Assembly (NCBI GenBank): GCA_963736855.1
Contig: CAVTQK010000015.1
Location: forward strand, 1-64,000
Direction of reading: 5' to 3'
DNA length: 64,000 bases
Source: an uncultured delta proteobacterium
GTDB lineage: Bacteria; Desulfobacterota; Desulfobacteria; Desulfobacterales; UBA2156
The notes under the pieces were generated by a model. That model was not told the origin of the DNA. It did not search any database and worked only from the letters and a program-made list of their open reading frames with translations. The position numbers were made by a program, and so were the translations under genes. Positions 28,873-39,619 of the stretch are shown one piece after another. The first letter of the stretch is position 1. Each line of letters starts with the position of its first letter.

Positions 28873-31098
28873 ATGAAGATGGATCGAAGAAGCTTTTTAT
28901 CTTTCGTGATCGGCGGCGCGGCGGGAACGACCCTGTCCCCCTTGCCATGGAAACTGACGGATGATCTGGCCATCTGGTCCCAGAATTGGCCATGGACGCC
29001 GGTCCCGGAAAATGGAGAAGTCAGTTATGCCAACACCACATGTATGCTGTGCCCCGGAGGATGTGGAATTACGGTCCGGAAGGTGGGAGACCGAGCGGTG
29101 AAGATCGAAGGAACCAAGGGCCACCCCGTCAATGACGGTGGAATTTGTATCCTCGGGCTTTCCGGTCTTCAGTTGTTGTATGGTCCCACCCGTGTCCCGT
29201 CCCCTCTCCGGCGAACCGGCAAGCGTGGTGAGAACCGGTGGCAGAAGGTTTCCTGGGATGAGGCTCTTACCTGGGTCGCCGAAAAACTGGCCGATCTGAG
29301 AGGAAAAAACCTGTCACATACCGTTGCTTGTATTTCAGGAACCGACAGCGGAACTGTCCCCCGCCTGATGGAGCGGTTTCTTACGTCCTTTGGATCCCCC
29401 AATTTCATCCGGACCCCTTCTATGAAGGACAGCTATGAAATGACTCTCCATCTCATGCAGGGGGCCCAGGCTTCCATAGGCTTCGATATTGAGAATGCCG
29501 ACTTCATATTGAGCTTTGGAAGCGGGATTCTGGAGGGATGGGGTTCACCGGTGCGGATGTTCAGGGCAAACAGTGTTTGGAAGGAAAACGGCGTTAAAGT
29601 TGTCCAGATCGAGCCGAGGCTTTCCAATACGGCGGCCAAATCCGATAAGTGGCTCCCGATTCATCCGGGCACGGAAGGGGTTCTTGCTTTGGGCCTTGCC
29701 CACGTCATTCTGAAAGAGTCTTTGTATCGCAAGGATTTTATCGGCACGCATACATCGGGATTCGATAGATGGTCTAAAGAAGTGGTCGAAGGGTGGACCC
29801 CGGAACAGGTGGAAACGGTCACAGGCATCGACAAATCCACCATCGTCGCCCTGGCAAAGAGTTTTGCAGACGCAAAAAAGCCTCTTGCGATCTGTGGGAG
29901 GGGGAAGGGCAACACCGCGGGGGGCATCGGCGAGTTCATGGCTGTTCATTCCCTCAACGCCCTCATGGGGAATATCAACCGAAAAGGTGGAATATGGACG
30001 ATTCCGAGCCCTGATCACATCCATTGGCCAGAAGTGGAGATGGACGCCGTTGCTGCCGCCGGGATGCAACAACCTCGTATCGACGGCGCCGGAACCGAAA
30101 AATTCATGCACGCCCGGAATCTCATCCACCGGGTACCGGAAATGATCAACGCCGGTGATCCCTCATTGGTTCAAGCACTGTTTGTTCTGGATGCTAATCC
30201 TTACTATACCCTATCGGATAAAGCTCTTTTAAAAAAAACATGGGCCAAAATCCCCTTCATCGTCAGCTTTTCTTCATTTATGGATGAAACAGCCCAAAAT
30301 GCCGATTTGATCCTTCCCAACCATACGTACCTGGAGCGGTATGAGGATGTACCGTATGCCGAAGGTTTTAACAAACCCTTCATCGGACTTGCCAAACCTG
30401 TTGTGAGCCCTCAGTTTGACACGCTGCACACGGGGGATGCGATCCTCCGACTGGCCAAGGCTCTGGGAGACCCTGTTGAAAAGGCTTTTCCCTGGGAGGA
30501 TTACGAGGGATGCCTCGATGATACCTTCGGGGATCAGTGGGAGGAACTCCAGGAAACCGGATACCGGGTGGAATCGGACTTTGAACCCGGATCACGGAAT
30601 AAAGCGTTTGAAACGGCCTCCGGCAAATTTGAGTTCATCCCAGAGGAAAGCAAAGATGCCGCAAAGAACGTGATGGTGAAGGCCGAGGGCGAGGAGCCGG
30701 CTTACCCCCTTGTGCTGATTCCCTACGATTCTCCGAGGCTTGCCAGCGGATTCATCGGCGACCCGCCGTTTATGATCAAAACCGTCCCCGACACCGTCCT
30801 CAAAGAAAACGACTTGTTGGTCGAAGTTCATCCCAAAACGGCCCAGTCCCTGGGCATTTCCGAAGGTAAACCCGCGGTCTTGAAAACGCCTAAAGGTGAG
30901 GCTCGGGTGCGGGTCCATCTATTTGAAGGCATCATGCCGGGGTTGGTGGCCATGCCTACAGGATTGGGTCATCAGGCCTATGACGGCTATCTGGCCGGAA
31001 AAGGGATCAACTTCAACGAACTGATCGGGCCGGTGGAGGATGAGGTATCCGGGCTCGATGCTGCCTGGGGTATTCGGGCAAAGCTTTCACGGGTATAA
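28873..31098 (+). CDS. qrcB: Qrc molybdopterin-oxidoreductase-like subunit
   Basis: Tat signal MDRRSFL, LTDDLAIWSQNW, CMLCPGGC. Confidence 0.88.
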   Translation: MKMDRRSFLSFVIGGAAGTTLSPLPWKLTDDLAIWSQNWPWTPVPENGEVSYANTTCMLCPGGCGITVRKVGDRAVKIEGTKGHPVNDGGICILGLSGLQLLYGPTRVPSPLRRTGKRGENRWQKVSWDEALTWVAEKLADLRGKNLSHTVACISGTDSGTVPRLMERFLTSFGSPNFIRTPSMKDSYEMTLHLMQGAQASIGFDIENADFILSFGSGILEGWGSPVRMFRANSVWKENGVKVVQIEPRLSNTAAKSDKWLPIHPGTEGVLALGLAHVILKESLYRKDFIGTHTSGFDRWSKEVVEGWTPEQVETVTGIDKSTIVALAKSFADAKKPLAICGRGKGNTAGGIGEFMAVHSLNALMGNINRKGGIWTIPSPDHIHWPEVEMDAVAAAGMQQPRIDGAGTEKFMHARNLIHRVPEMINAGDPSLVQALFVLDANPYYTLSDKALLKKTWAKIPFIVSFSSFMDETAQNADLILPNHTYLERYEDVPYAEGFNKPFIGLAKPVVSPQFDTLHTGDAILRLAKALGDPVEKAFPWEDYEGCLDDTFGDQWEELQETGYRVESDFEPGSRNKAFETASGKFEFIPEESKDAAKNVMVKAEGEEPAYPLVLIPYDSPRLASGFIGDPPFMIKTVPDTVLKENDLLVEVHPKTAQSLGISEGKPAVLKTPKGEARVRVHLFEGIMPGLVAMPTGLGHQAYDGYLAGKGINFNELIGPVEDEVSGLDAAWGIRAKLSRV

Positions 31099-31168
31099 AG
31101 CCGGCGTGGACGTCCACAGGGGCTGCGCCCGGCTCATGCTGAAATTCGACTATGCATAAGAGGTTCCG

Positions 31169-31972
31169 ATGAAAAACGAGCAGGCCAAGAAGTACGGAAT
31201 GGTGATCGATCTGGACAAATGCACCGGGTGCGGCGCTTGCATGGTAGCCTGTATGGCGGAAAACAACGTTCCGTTTAAAAAAGACGAGACCAACAAGCTG
31301 GACAGCATCACCTGGATGCGCGTCTATCAGCTGACAAACGGCAAATCTTTCCCCGAAACAGATGTCTGCTATATCCCCAGACCCTGTATGCATTGCGAGG
31401 GCGAACACGGCCACTCCCCCTGCGTTTCCGTCTGCCCGGCCACCGCCACCGATTACAGCCAACAGACCGGAATTGTCAGTCAGATCTACACCCGGTGCTT
31501 CGGATGCCGGTACTGCATGGCGGCTTGCCCTTATCATGCCCGGTACTTCAACTGGTGGGATCCGGTCTGGCCCAACGGGATGGAGAAATACCTGAATCCC
31601 AATGTTTCTCCGCGTATGCGGGGGGTGGTTGAAAAATGCAGCTTCTGCTTTCACCGATATCAGAGGGCCATGGACAAGGCCTTCCTGGAGAGTCGCCGGG
31701 AGTTGGAAGAGGAGGAATATCAGACGGCGTGCACTCAAGCTTGCCCGGCAGGCGCCATCGTTTTTGGGGACTTGAACAACGAAAAGCACAAGGTCCACCA
31801 GATCGTTAAGCCGGACCCGGCCCACAAAGGTCGGCCGAAAAACCCCAAAGCCTTTCGACTCCTCGAAAGATTGGGGACCAATCCCAAGGTATATTACTTA
31901 TCCAGCAGGGAATGGATCCGGAGGGCCGGAGATAATTACTTGCCGCACGAAGGTCCCGGCAAGGGGCACTAA
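31169..31972 (+). CDS. qrcC: Qrc iron-sulfur subunit
   Basis: Four ferredoxin-type cysteine motifs (CTGCGACMVAC, CMHC...CVSVCP, CFGCRYCMAACP, KCSFC...CTQACP). Confidence 0.9.
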   Translation: MKNEQAKKYGMVIDLDKCTGCGACMVACMAENNVPFKKDETNKLDSITWMRVYQLTNGKSFPETDVCYIPRPCMHCEGEHGHSPCVSVCPATATDYSQQTGIVSQIYTRCFGCRYCMAACPYHARYFNWWDPVWPNGMEKYLNPNVSPRMRGVVEKCSFCFHRYQRAMDKAFLESRRELEEEEYQTACTQACPAGAIVFGDLNNEKHKVHQIVKPDPAHKGRPKNPKAFRLLERLGTNPKVYYLSSREWIRRAGDNYLPHEGPGKGH

Positions 31973-32039
31973 TGGAATCCCGCATGGATGAAGCACAATG
32001 CAACGGCATGGAATTTAAGGAATAACAAGCGAGGGGCGT

Positions 32040-33353
32040 ATGGATGATGCATTAATTCCCAAAGGGGTCAAACGTTGCCCACTACCGGAATTTCTCGTGA
32101 AGCTGGGACCGGTGGTTGCTGTTTTGATCTGGGGCGTAGTCGCCATGTTCATGTGCTGGTTCAAGGGACTCAATCAGACCAACATGAACGACTCGTATGG
32201 GTTTGCCCTCTGGATCTGGGCGGACCTGACGGTGATCGCCCTGGGCGGCGGCGCCTTTTTCACGGGTTTATTGAGGTACATCATTGGAAAGGATAAGCTT
32301 AAAAATATCATCAACTTCGCCGTGCTCATCGGGTTTATCTGTTACAGTTCGGCATTGTTGATTTTGGCCATCGATATCGGACAGCCTCTGAGGGGATGGT
32401 TTATCTTCTGGCATGCCAACGTGCATTCGATGCTCACCGAGGTGGCCTTCTGCCTCACCTGTTATTTCGGTGTCCTGACTATTGAATATCTGCCCCTGGT
32501 TCTGGAAAATCGCCAGGTCGACCGAGTGTCTTTTTTTCACCATTTGAGTCACAACATGCATGAGGTCATGCCGATATTCGCTGCGACGGGTGCTTTTTTA
32601 AGCTTTTTCCACCAGGGTTCTCTGGGAGGTGTCGCCGGTGTTCTCTTCGGCCGGACCTTTGCGTTTCGTGAAGGCGTATTCATCTGGCCCTGGACCTTTT
32701 TCCTATTTACCTGGTCCGCGGCGGCGTACGGCCCCTGTTTTACCATTATGCTCGCCAAAATCACAGAGAAAATCACCAAAAAGAAGCTCATCAAGGATGA
32801 TGTCTATGAGCTTTTGGCCAAGATCGCCGGATGGATGATGGCTACCTATATTATAGCCAAGATCATCGACACCTGGTACTGGGCTATGGTAACGGCTCCC
32901 TCCAGAGGTCAGGGATTCATGGAGTTTTACTCCGACAACCCCTTCTACGGAATTTGGATCCTCGTTTTGGAGATCGTTGTCGGCGGTGTGATTCCGGCCC
33001 TTATCCTGATCACGCGGAAAGGGAGAAGCACTCCGACATTGCTGATGATCGCAGTGGCGTTGAGTGTCATCGGCGTTTCCGTCAATCGATGGGTCATGGT
33101 ACTCCAGGTCATGGCCGTTCCCGTGCTTACCTTTGAAGGATGGCCCATGTATTATCCCAGCTGGCAGGAAGTGGCCACGACCCTTCTGCCCGTGGCTTAT
33201 GGCATTCTTCTGGTGGCTTTTTCTTATCGCTATCTCCCGGTGTTTCCCCAGGAAGCGGAGCTGAATCCGATTGCTTCGGAATCCGAGGAGACGGCGGAAT
33301 CCGTTACGACCTCTGAAACCGCCGATGCAAAACTGAGCCCGGCCAAGGCATAA
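32040..33353 (+). CDS. qrcD: Qrc NrfD/PsrC-family integral membrane subunit
   Basis: About 10 TM helices; DIGQPLR, HSMLTEV, FFHQGSLGG. Confidence 0.9.
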   Translation: MDDALIPKGVKRCPLPEFLVKLGPVVAVLIWGVVAMFMCWFKGLNQTNMNDSYGFALWIWADLTVIALGGGAFFTGLLRYIIGKDKLKNIINFAVLIGFICYSSALLILAIDIGQPLRGWFIFWHANVHSMLTEVAFCLTCYFGVLTIEYLPLVLENRQVDRVSFFHHLSHNMHEVMPIFAATGAFLSFFHQGSLGGVAGVLFGRTFAFREGVFIWPWTFFLFTWSAAAYGPCFTIMLAKITEKITKKKLIKDDVYELLAKIAGWMMATYIIAKIIDTWYWAMVTAPSRGQGFMEFYSDNPFYGIWILVLEIVVGGVIPALILITRKGRSTPTLLMIAVALSVIGVSVNRWVMVLQVMAVPVLTFEGWPMYYPSWQEVATTLLPVAYGILLVAFSYRYLPVFPQEAELNPIASESEETAESVTTSETADAKLSPAKA

Positions 33354-33365
33354 AAGGAGGAGAAG

Positions 33366-33524
33366 ATGTTTCCATTTAACTTCGAATGGATCTGGGATAT
33401 GTCCCATATGGTCTTCATGGGGGGGCTCTGGTTTGCGCTGACGATCCTCGGTCTTGGCATGACCTATTGCGTGATTAAAGCCGCTATCGACGCGGCCAAG
33501 GGTAAAGGCGGCGGACACCACTGA
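33366..33524 (+). CDS. 52-aa single-TM protein at the end of the qrc operon (not in the ORF track)
   Basis: AAGGAGGAG RBS, start 12 nt after the qrcD stop. Sequence MFPFNFEWIWDMSHMVFMGGLWFALTILGLGMTYCVIKAAIDAAKGKGGGHH*; terminator follows. Confidence 0.8.
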   Translation: MFPFNFEWIWDMSHMVFMGGLWFALTILGLGMTYCVIKAAIDAAKGKGGGHH

Positions 33525-33542
33525 ATAGTTGGATATAGACGC

Positions 33543-33585
33543 AAAAAAGCGCTTCCGCCGGAGCAGTCGCGGGAAGCGCTTTTTT
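33543..33585 (+). terminator. Intrinsic terminator of the qrc operon
   Basis: AAAAAAGCGCTTCC...GGAAGCGCTTTTTT. Confidence 0.8.
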
Positions 33586-33598
33586 ATTAGGAGGATAA

Positions 33599-34852
33599 AT
33601 GGATCGGATCGTAATCGAGGGAGGGCGAGTGCTGAAGGGGGAGGTTCGAATCGGGGGCGCAAAGAATGCGGCTCTTCCGATTCTTGCATCCGCCCTCTTA
33701 ACGGACGGCTGGAATACCTTTTCCAATGTCCCGAATCTGATGGATGTGGAAAGCATCAATCGTTTATTGACCCACCTGGGGGCTTCGGTTGAAAGCGGTC
33801 CGGGGACGGTCCGGATCAACGCCGCCGGCCTGAACAACTCCGAGGCTCCTTACGATCTGGTCCGAAAGATGCGGGCCTCCATCCTTGTTCTGGGGCCCCT
33901 GGTGGCAAGATTGAAAAGGGCCAGGGTTTCTCTTCCCGGGGGATGCGCCATCGGTGCCAGACCCGTCAATATTCATCTGAAAGCCCTCTCGGAGATGGGG
34001 GCTGTCCTGGAACTCAAGGGCGGATATGTGGAAGCCGCCGCTGAGACCCTCCGTGGAAAGGAGCTCTTCCTGGATCTTCCGACGGTGACCGGAACCGAAA
34101 ACATCATGATGGCCGCGGCGCTGGCGGATGGACAGACCATCATTCGAAATGCCGCCCGGGAGCCTGAGGTGGTCGCCCTGGCAGACACCCTTAATAAAAT
34201 GGGGAGCTCGATCACCGGGGCGGGCACATCCGTCATCACGATACAGGGGGTTTCCTCCCTGTCCCCGGTTTCCGTGTCCATCATACCGGACCGCATTGAA
34301 GCCGGGACCTTCATGGTGGCGGCAGCCCTTACCCGGGGAGACGTCCTGCTGAAAGGGTGTGAGCCGGGACACCAGAATGCTCTCATCGACAAACTCACGA
34401 TGGCCGGGGCGAAGATTCAAACCGAGGAAGGGGCTATTCGCATCCGCGGATGCGATGTTGTTGAGAGCGTTGACGTAAAGACTCTCCCATACCCCGGCTT
34501 CCCAACGGATATGCAGGCTCAGTTCATGGTGCTGATGTCGGTGGCAAACGGTTTGAGTGTTATTTCAGAGACCATTTTTGAAGACCGGTTTATCCACGTC
34601 GGTGAGCTGCGCCGGTTGGGGGCTGACATCACGGTTTCCGGAAATACCGCCGCCATCAAGGGCGTGCCCATGCTTTCCGGGGCCCCGGTGATGGCAACAG
34701 ACCTGAGAGCCAGCGCCTCCCTGGTGCTGGCCGGCCTGGTTGCTAAGGGAAAAACAGAGATCAACCGGGTATATCATCTCGATCGCGGTTACGAACGACT
34801 GGAAGAAAAATTCGCCCGCTTGGGTGCTTTTATCAAACGCGTTAAAAGCTAG
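33599..34852 (+). CDS. murA: UDP-N-acetylglucosamine 1-carboxyvinyltransferase
   Basis: [37 protein letters not shown]. Confidence 0.97.
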   Translation: MDRIVIEGGRVLKGEVRIGGAKNAALPILASALLTDGWNTFSNVPNLMDVESINRLLTHLGASVESGPGTVRINAAGLNNSEAPYDLVRKMRASILVLGPLVARLKRARVSLPGGCAIGARPVNIHLKALSEMGAVLELKGGYVEAAAETLRGKELFLDLPTVTGTENIMMAAALADGQTIIRNAAREPEVVALADTLNKMGSSITGAGTSVITIQGVSSLSPVSVSIIPDRIEAGTFMVAAALTRGDVLLKGCEPGHQNALIDKLTMAGAKIQTEEGAIRIRGCDVVESVDVKTLPYPGFPTDMQAQFMVLMSVANGLSVISETIFEDRFIHVGELRRLGADITVSGNTAAIKGVPMLSGAPVMATDLRASASLVLAGLVAKGKTEINRVYHLDRGYERLEEKFARLGAFIKRVKS

Positions 34853-34868
34853 TCCCCGCATTCGAGAC

Positions 34869-37514
34869 ATGACTCTGATTTGGACTAAGATGAATCAGGG
34901 GCATTATCATCGCCCACTGATCCCTTTGCTGCTTTCCTTGATACTTGGGATCTTTGCAGGGATCGAATATCCGGGTCATCCTTTATGGGCAGCCGGCGCT
35001 GCATGCATTGCAGGGGCCTTCCTCATTCGGTGTCTTGCCCTCAAGAAAAGCACATCTTTTTCCCCGCTCATTTTCTTTTTTCTGATCGGTTATTTCAGTA
35101 TCCAACCCTGGGCGGCTCCCCGATTTTGTGATGATCATGTGGTGCGCTTAATCGGACCCGAAAAACAGCATCTCTTGGGAACCGTAGAGGAAGTGATTAA
35201 GAGGAGTGAAAAGCGGACCAGTTTTATACTTGGAAACATTTTCATAAGAAAAGGAGACTCAGAGGCGCCTTTCCCGGTGGTCGGAAAGATCCGTGTGTCT
35301 TGCTGGGGAAAAGCGCCGGATTTCTCCGCTGGGGATATCCTGTTCATGCTGGCGCGGATCCAACCCGTTAAGCATTTCAAAAATCCCGGCGGATTTGATT
35401 ATCAAAGACACTTGGCGTTTCAAGGTATATGGGCCACAGCCTATACGTCGGAAAAAGATCTGGTTGTAGAACCACATGAAGCTTCGGCATCCTTTTCCCA
35501 CCGTATTCGATCCTTCCGCCGAAGCCTTTCCCATTTCATCGACCAAAAGGTTATAAGCGAAACAAAACAGGAGGTCAGTGGCATCCTCAAGGCCCTGGTT
35601 CTCGGCGATCAAAGAGAAATTTCAACGGATCTCAGGGATGCCTTCAACCGAGTAGGAGTCAGCCATATTCTGGCCATTTCGGGGCTGCACATCGGCATTG
35701 TGGCTGGGGGAGCGTTTTGGATATTTGTCCGGGTGCTCTCCTTTTTCCGGATTTGTTTATGGCATGCCTGGACCCGGAAGGGGGCAGCGCTCTTATCCAT
35801 ACTTCCTGTCCTGATTTACGGGGAGTTGTCCGGATGGTCTCCCTCCACCCAGCGTGCCGTCATCATGGTCGGGGTTTTTCTTGCAGCTTTTTTCGTCGAA
35901 AAGGAGTATGAACCTTTCAATACCCTCGCTGTTGCCGCGCTGGGAATTCTGATCCTCGATCCCCCCGCCCTTTTTTCCATCTCCTTTCAACTCTCGTTCG
36001 CTTCTGTTTTCTGGATCCTTTTCGGCATGGGGAGAACAAAACACTGGTGGAAAAGATCCGCGAAAGCAGATCCGGAGCCCCTTTTCTTGCGGATTAAAAG
36101 ATGGATTCTCTCGTCTTTTATGGTTACCGCCTTTGCATCCCTGGGAACGCTCCCCCTTGTGATGATGTATTTCAATCAGGTCTCGCTGATTTCCCTGGTG
36201 TCCAATGTGGTGATTATCCCCCTCATGGGATTTATCGCCGTACCTGCAGGGCTGATGGCCGTTTTCCTGTATCCCATTCATCTTCAGACTTCGGCTTTTC
36301 TCATCCAGATCAGCAGCTTTGCCATTGAGCTGGCCATCTGTATGGTGCATCTCTTTTCCCGGGTGCCTTTTGGATCCATGAAAACGGTCACGCCGAGTTT
36401 TCTGGAGGTTATATTGTTCTACACGGCCATCTGGGCACTGTTCGATTTGGGAAAGCGGCAGAAAACGGCGCATCATTTTTCCATTATCGGGGAGAAGGAA
36501 AAGGGAGTTCTTCCGTTTGTAAATCGTTTCATCCGCAGGATGTTCACATCATATAGGAGCCAAACGGCACTTCTGGTTATCTCCGTTTTGGCAATCGCGG
36601 ACATCGGCTATTGGATGCATTACCGGTTGTGGCACAAGGATCTGCGGATCAGCATCATCGACGTGGGGTTAGGGAATGCGATTCTGGTGGAACTGCCGAA
36701 GGGCTACAATCTGCTCATCGACGGGGGAGGGTTCCCGGACAACGAGGCCTTCGATGTCGGGGCTAGTCTGGTGGCGCCGTTTCTATGGCGCAACAAGATT
36801 GTTTCCATCGACACCGTTGCCTTGTCCCACCCCGACGCCGATCATTTGAACGGCCTGGTTTACATCGCTCAAAACTTTGGTGTTAGAGAACTCTGGACCA
36901 ACGGTGAGCAAGAAGACTCCCATGCATACCGGAGGCTCCTTGAAATCGTTCGGGAAAAAGGAATTCCCATGCCTGCTTACGAAAGGCTTGAGCGGTCTTC
37001 CCGGATTCATGGAGCCCTCATTGAAATTTGGTATCCGCCCCCAGAGTACCAAGAAACAAAGAAAACGTGCCGATGGCGGAACTCCAACAACAATTCCATG
37101 GTCATCCGCATCCAATACGGAGATTATTCATTCCTCTTTCCAGGAGATATCATGGCAAAGGCGGAAAAAGAACTGATCGATATGGCCGGGAATGCGATTC
37201 GAAGCACCCTGATGGTGGCCCCGCATCACGGAAGCAATACTTCGAGCACCTTGGATTTCCTGGACGCCATCAAGCCGCAATATATTATCGTTTCCGCGGG
37301 GGACAAAGGGCCCCACCCGGAAGTTTTTGAACGATACCGTCGTCTGGGTGCAACCATTTTTCCGACCCACGTCTATGGCGCCATAAGGGTTTTCGCAGAC
37401 AATGATTCGCTAAAGATCGTACCGACGGTGAATAAAGCCCCATCTGTGTTCAGAAGCTTTGGCGTATCGTGGACCCCATACAAGTCGGGAATAGAGAACC
37501 CGGCTTATAATTGA
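34869..37514 (+). CDS. comEC: Competence protein ComEC/Rec2
   Basis: NPGGFDY, HILAISGLHIG, SFQLSF, metallo-beta-lactamase SHPDADH, PHHGS. Start is 34869 or 34890. Confidence 0.9.
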   Translation: MTLIWTKMNQGHYHRPLIPLLLSLILGIFAGIEYPGHPLWAAGAACIAGAFLIRCLALKKSTSFSPLIFFFLIGYFSIQPWAAPRFCDDHVVRLIGPEKQHLLGTVEEVIKRSEKRTSFILGNIFIRKGDSEAPFPVVGKIRVSCWGKAPDFSAGDILFMLARIQPVKHFKNPGGFDYQRHLAFQGIWATAYTSEKDLVVEPHEASASFSHRIRSFRRSLSHFIDQKVISETKQEVSGILKALVLGDQREISTDLRDAFNRVGVSHILAISGLHIGIVAGGAFWIFVRVLSFFRICLWHAWTRKGAALLSILPVLIYGELSGWSPSTQRAVIMVGVFLAAFFVEKEYEPFNTLAVAALGILILDPPALFSISFQLSFASVFWILFGMGRTKHWWKRSAKADPEPLFLRIKRWILSSFMVTAFASLGTLPLVMMYFNQVSLISLVSNVVIIPLMGFIAVPAGLMAVFLYPIHLQTSAFLIQISSFAIELAICMVHLFSRVPFGSMKTVTPSFLEVILFYTAIWALFDLGKRQKTAHHFSIIGEKEKGVLPFVNRFIRRMFTSYRSQTALLVISVLAIADIGYWMHYRLWHKDLRISIIDVGLGNAILVELPKGYNLLIDGGGFPDNEAFDVGASLVAPFLWRNKIVSIDTVALSHPDADHLNGLVYIAQNFGVRELWTNGEQEDSHAYRRLLEIVREKGIPMPAYERLERSSRIHGALIEIWYPPPEYQETKKTCRWRNSNNNSMVIRIQYGDYSFLFPGDIMAKAEKELIDMAGNAIRSTLMVAPHHGSNTSSTLDFLDAIKPQYIIVSAGDKGPHPEVFERYRRLGATIFPTHVYGAIRVFADNDSLKIVPTVNKAPSVFRSFGVSWTPYKSGIENPAYN

Positions 37515-37541
37515 CACCGGCAGATGATGTTGGTAGTTCTA

Positions 37542-37696
37542 ACCCTGCAGTTGCATAAAAACATGACAAGGTATAGAAAAAAAGAATGATAACAGAGAAT
37601 TTGAATACGTTTAGGCATGGCTCGCAGTAAAATACTACGGCTTCGCCCTTGGACGCCTCGGATCTGGGACATCCTCAGCTTTTGCAACAACAGGGT
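37542..37696. mobile_element. 155-bp TA-flanked MITE-like element (family B)
   Basis: Imperfect TIRs ACCCTGCAGTTGCA and TGCAACAACAGGGT; TA at 37540-37541 and 37697-37698. Confidence 0.6.
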
Positions 37697-37752
37697 TAAT
37701 CTGATTGTTATCGACAGACTGAGAAGGGGGATGTGCATTCAAACTCACGATT

Positions 37753-37905
37753 GATGGCTTCATAAAAAGTCCAATTTCTGCGTTGCGCTTCATCCCATTG
37801 CGATTTCGACGTACGATAAGTACGCCTCATCACACGGGATTCGCGACGCCTTGAACTTGAACTTTTTACTTTGCCATCTGACTTTCGACTTTTTACGAGT
37901 TCATC
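37753..37905. mobile_element. 153-bp MITE, family A copy 2
   Basis: Left end GATGGCTTCATAAAAAG; doubled right end (37862-37878 and 37889-37905); 6-bp TSD ACGATT at 37747-37752 and 37906-37911. Confidence 0.88.
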
Positions 37906-38009
37906 ACGATTGAGGATCTGAAGAACATACGGGGAAAAGCCGCAAAGGCTTTGACGCTCCGGAAAGGGTAAACAAACCAATCTGAAGCAATCGACCGGAT
38001 TCTTTAAAA

Positions 38010-39113
38010 ATGAGAGTGGGTGACAAGGACATGCGGCCCATCTGGCTGGATGACCAGACCGGGACCGTGAAGGTGATCGATCAGCGATATCTGCCCCACC
38101 GCTTCGTTGTAGCGGAACTGAAAACCGTCGAGGATATCGTTAAGGCCATACAGGAAATGGTGGTTCGCGGTGCTCCCCTCATTGGTGTCACCGGAGCATA
38201 TGGTGTGTATCTGGCCGCAAAACAGGCGGCAGGCGTCATGGATGATCGCTTTCAACGGTTTTGCGGTCAAATCAAAGCCGCGCGACCTACGGCGGTCAAT
38301 CTGTCTTGGGGAGTCGATCGCGTTTACAGTAAGGCAGCCGGCATCTCTTTGCCGACTTCATGTATCGAAGCCGCCAAAAAGGAGGCGGCTGCCATTGCCG
38401 AGGAAGAGGCTGAAAATTGCCGGCGCATCGGCATACACGGGGTTCGGTTAATCCGGGAGGTAATGGCCGAAAAGACTCGGGGGCCGGTGAATATCCTGAC
38501 CCACTGCAATGCCGGATGGCTGGCCTGCATCGAATATGGGACCGCCACCGCTCCCATTTATGCGGCCCATGACGAAAGAATCGATGTCCATGTGTGGGTG
38601 GACGAAACCCGTCCGTTGAACCAGGGTGCAAGACTCACGGCCTGGGAGCTTGGCGGATACGGTGTCAAACACACCGTGATCACGGACAATGCCGGTGGTC
38701 ATCTCATGCAGCACGGCCTCGTGGATATAGTGATCGTAGGCACGGATCGAACCACTGCAACCGGGGATGTGGCCAACAAGATCGGCACATATCTCAAGGC
38801 ACTGGCGGCCAAGGACAACGGAATCCCTTTTTATGTGGCGCTTCCTTCCACGACATTCGATTGGAGCCTGGAAGACGGTGTCCGGGAGATTCCCATTGAA
38901 GAACGGGATCCCGATGAGGTCCGTTACGTACAGGGGCTTGATGGCGGAGTGAGCCGTCGGGTCCTCGTTCCTCCGGAAACAAGTTCCTGTGCCAACTACG
39001 CCTTTGACGTGACTCCGGCCCGGTTGGTCACCGGCTTCATTACCGAGCGCGGTGTTTGCAGTGCTTCGAAGGATGCCATCAAAGAGCTGTTCCCCGAAAA
39101 ATTCGGAGGGTAA
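38010..39113 (+). CDS. mtnA: S-methyl-5-thioribose-1-phosphate isomerase
   Basis: VRGAPLIG, RPTAVNL, LTHCNAGWLA, DETRP, ANKIGTY, AFDVTP. Confidence 0.93.
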   Translation: MRVGDKDMRPIWLDDQTGTVKVIDQRYLPHRFVVAELKTVEDIVKAIQEMVVRGAPLIGVTGAYGVYLAAKQAAGVMDDRFQRFCGQIKAARPTAVNLSWGVDRVYSKAAGISLPTSCIEAAKKEAAAIAEEEAENCRRIGIHGVRLIREVMAEKTRGPVNILTHCNAGWLACIEYGTATAPIYAAHDERIDVHVWVDETRPLNQGARLTAWELGGYGVKHTVITDNAGGHLMQHGLVDIVIVGTDRTTATGDVANKIGTYLKALAAKDNGIPFYVALPSTTFDWSLEDGVREIPIEERDPDEVRYVQGLDGGVSRRVLVPPETSSCANYAFDVTPARLVTGFITERGVCSASKDAIKELFPEKFGG

Positions 39114-39123
39114 AACAGGGGAG

Positions 39124-39612
39124 ATGCTTTCCGAGCTTGAAAAAAAAATCATTGCCCTGATCCAGGGCGATATTGCCATCATCAAAAGACCTTACTTCCA
39201 GATGGCGCAACGGCTCTCCATATCAGAGGATGCGCTTCTCAAGACCTTGAAGGAATTATGCAAGAAAGGGGTTATCCGCCGCTTCGGCGCCACCCTTCGA
39301 CACCAGAAATCCGGGTATACGGCAAACGTGATGGCGGCCTGGCAGGTTGAAGAAGACCGGATCGAGGAAGTGGGTCAAAAAATGTCAAGGTTCCGTCAGG
39401 TATCTCATTGTTACCGTCGAAACCCGGCAGAAGGTTGGCCCTACAATCTCTATACCATGATTCATGGAAAAGACGAGGCGTCCTGCCTGAAAATCGTCCA
39501 AGAAATTGCAGAGAAGACGGGAGTGTCCTGTTACACCCTTTTGTTCAGCAAAAAAGAGCTGAAAAAGACCTCCATGGAATACTTCCCGGGGGCGCTGCCG
39601 TACGACGGCTGA
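39124..39612 (+). CDS. ahbB: Siroheme decarboxylase subunit (Lrp/AsnC-like)
   Basis: IRRFGATLRHQKSG, VSHCYRR, WPYNLYTMIHG, ELKKTSM. Confidence 0.85.
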   Translation: MLSELEKKIIALIQGDIAIIKRPYFQMAQRLSISEDALLKTLKELCKKGVIRRFGATLRHQKSGYTANVMAAWQVEEDRIEEVGQKMSRFRQVSHCYRRNPAEGWPYNLYTMIHGKDEASCLKIVQEIAEKTGVSCYTLLFSKKELKKTSMEYFPGALPYDG

Positions 39613-39619
39613 TTCCATC

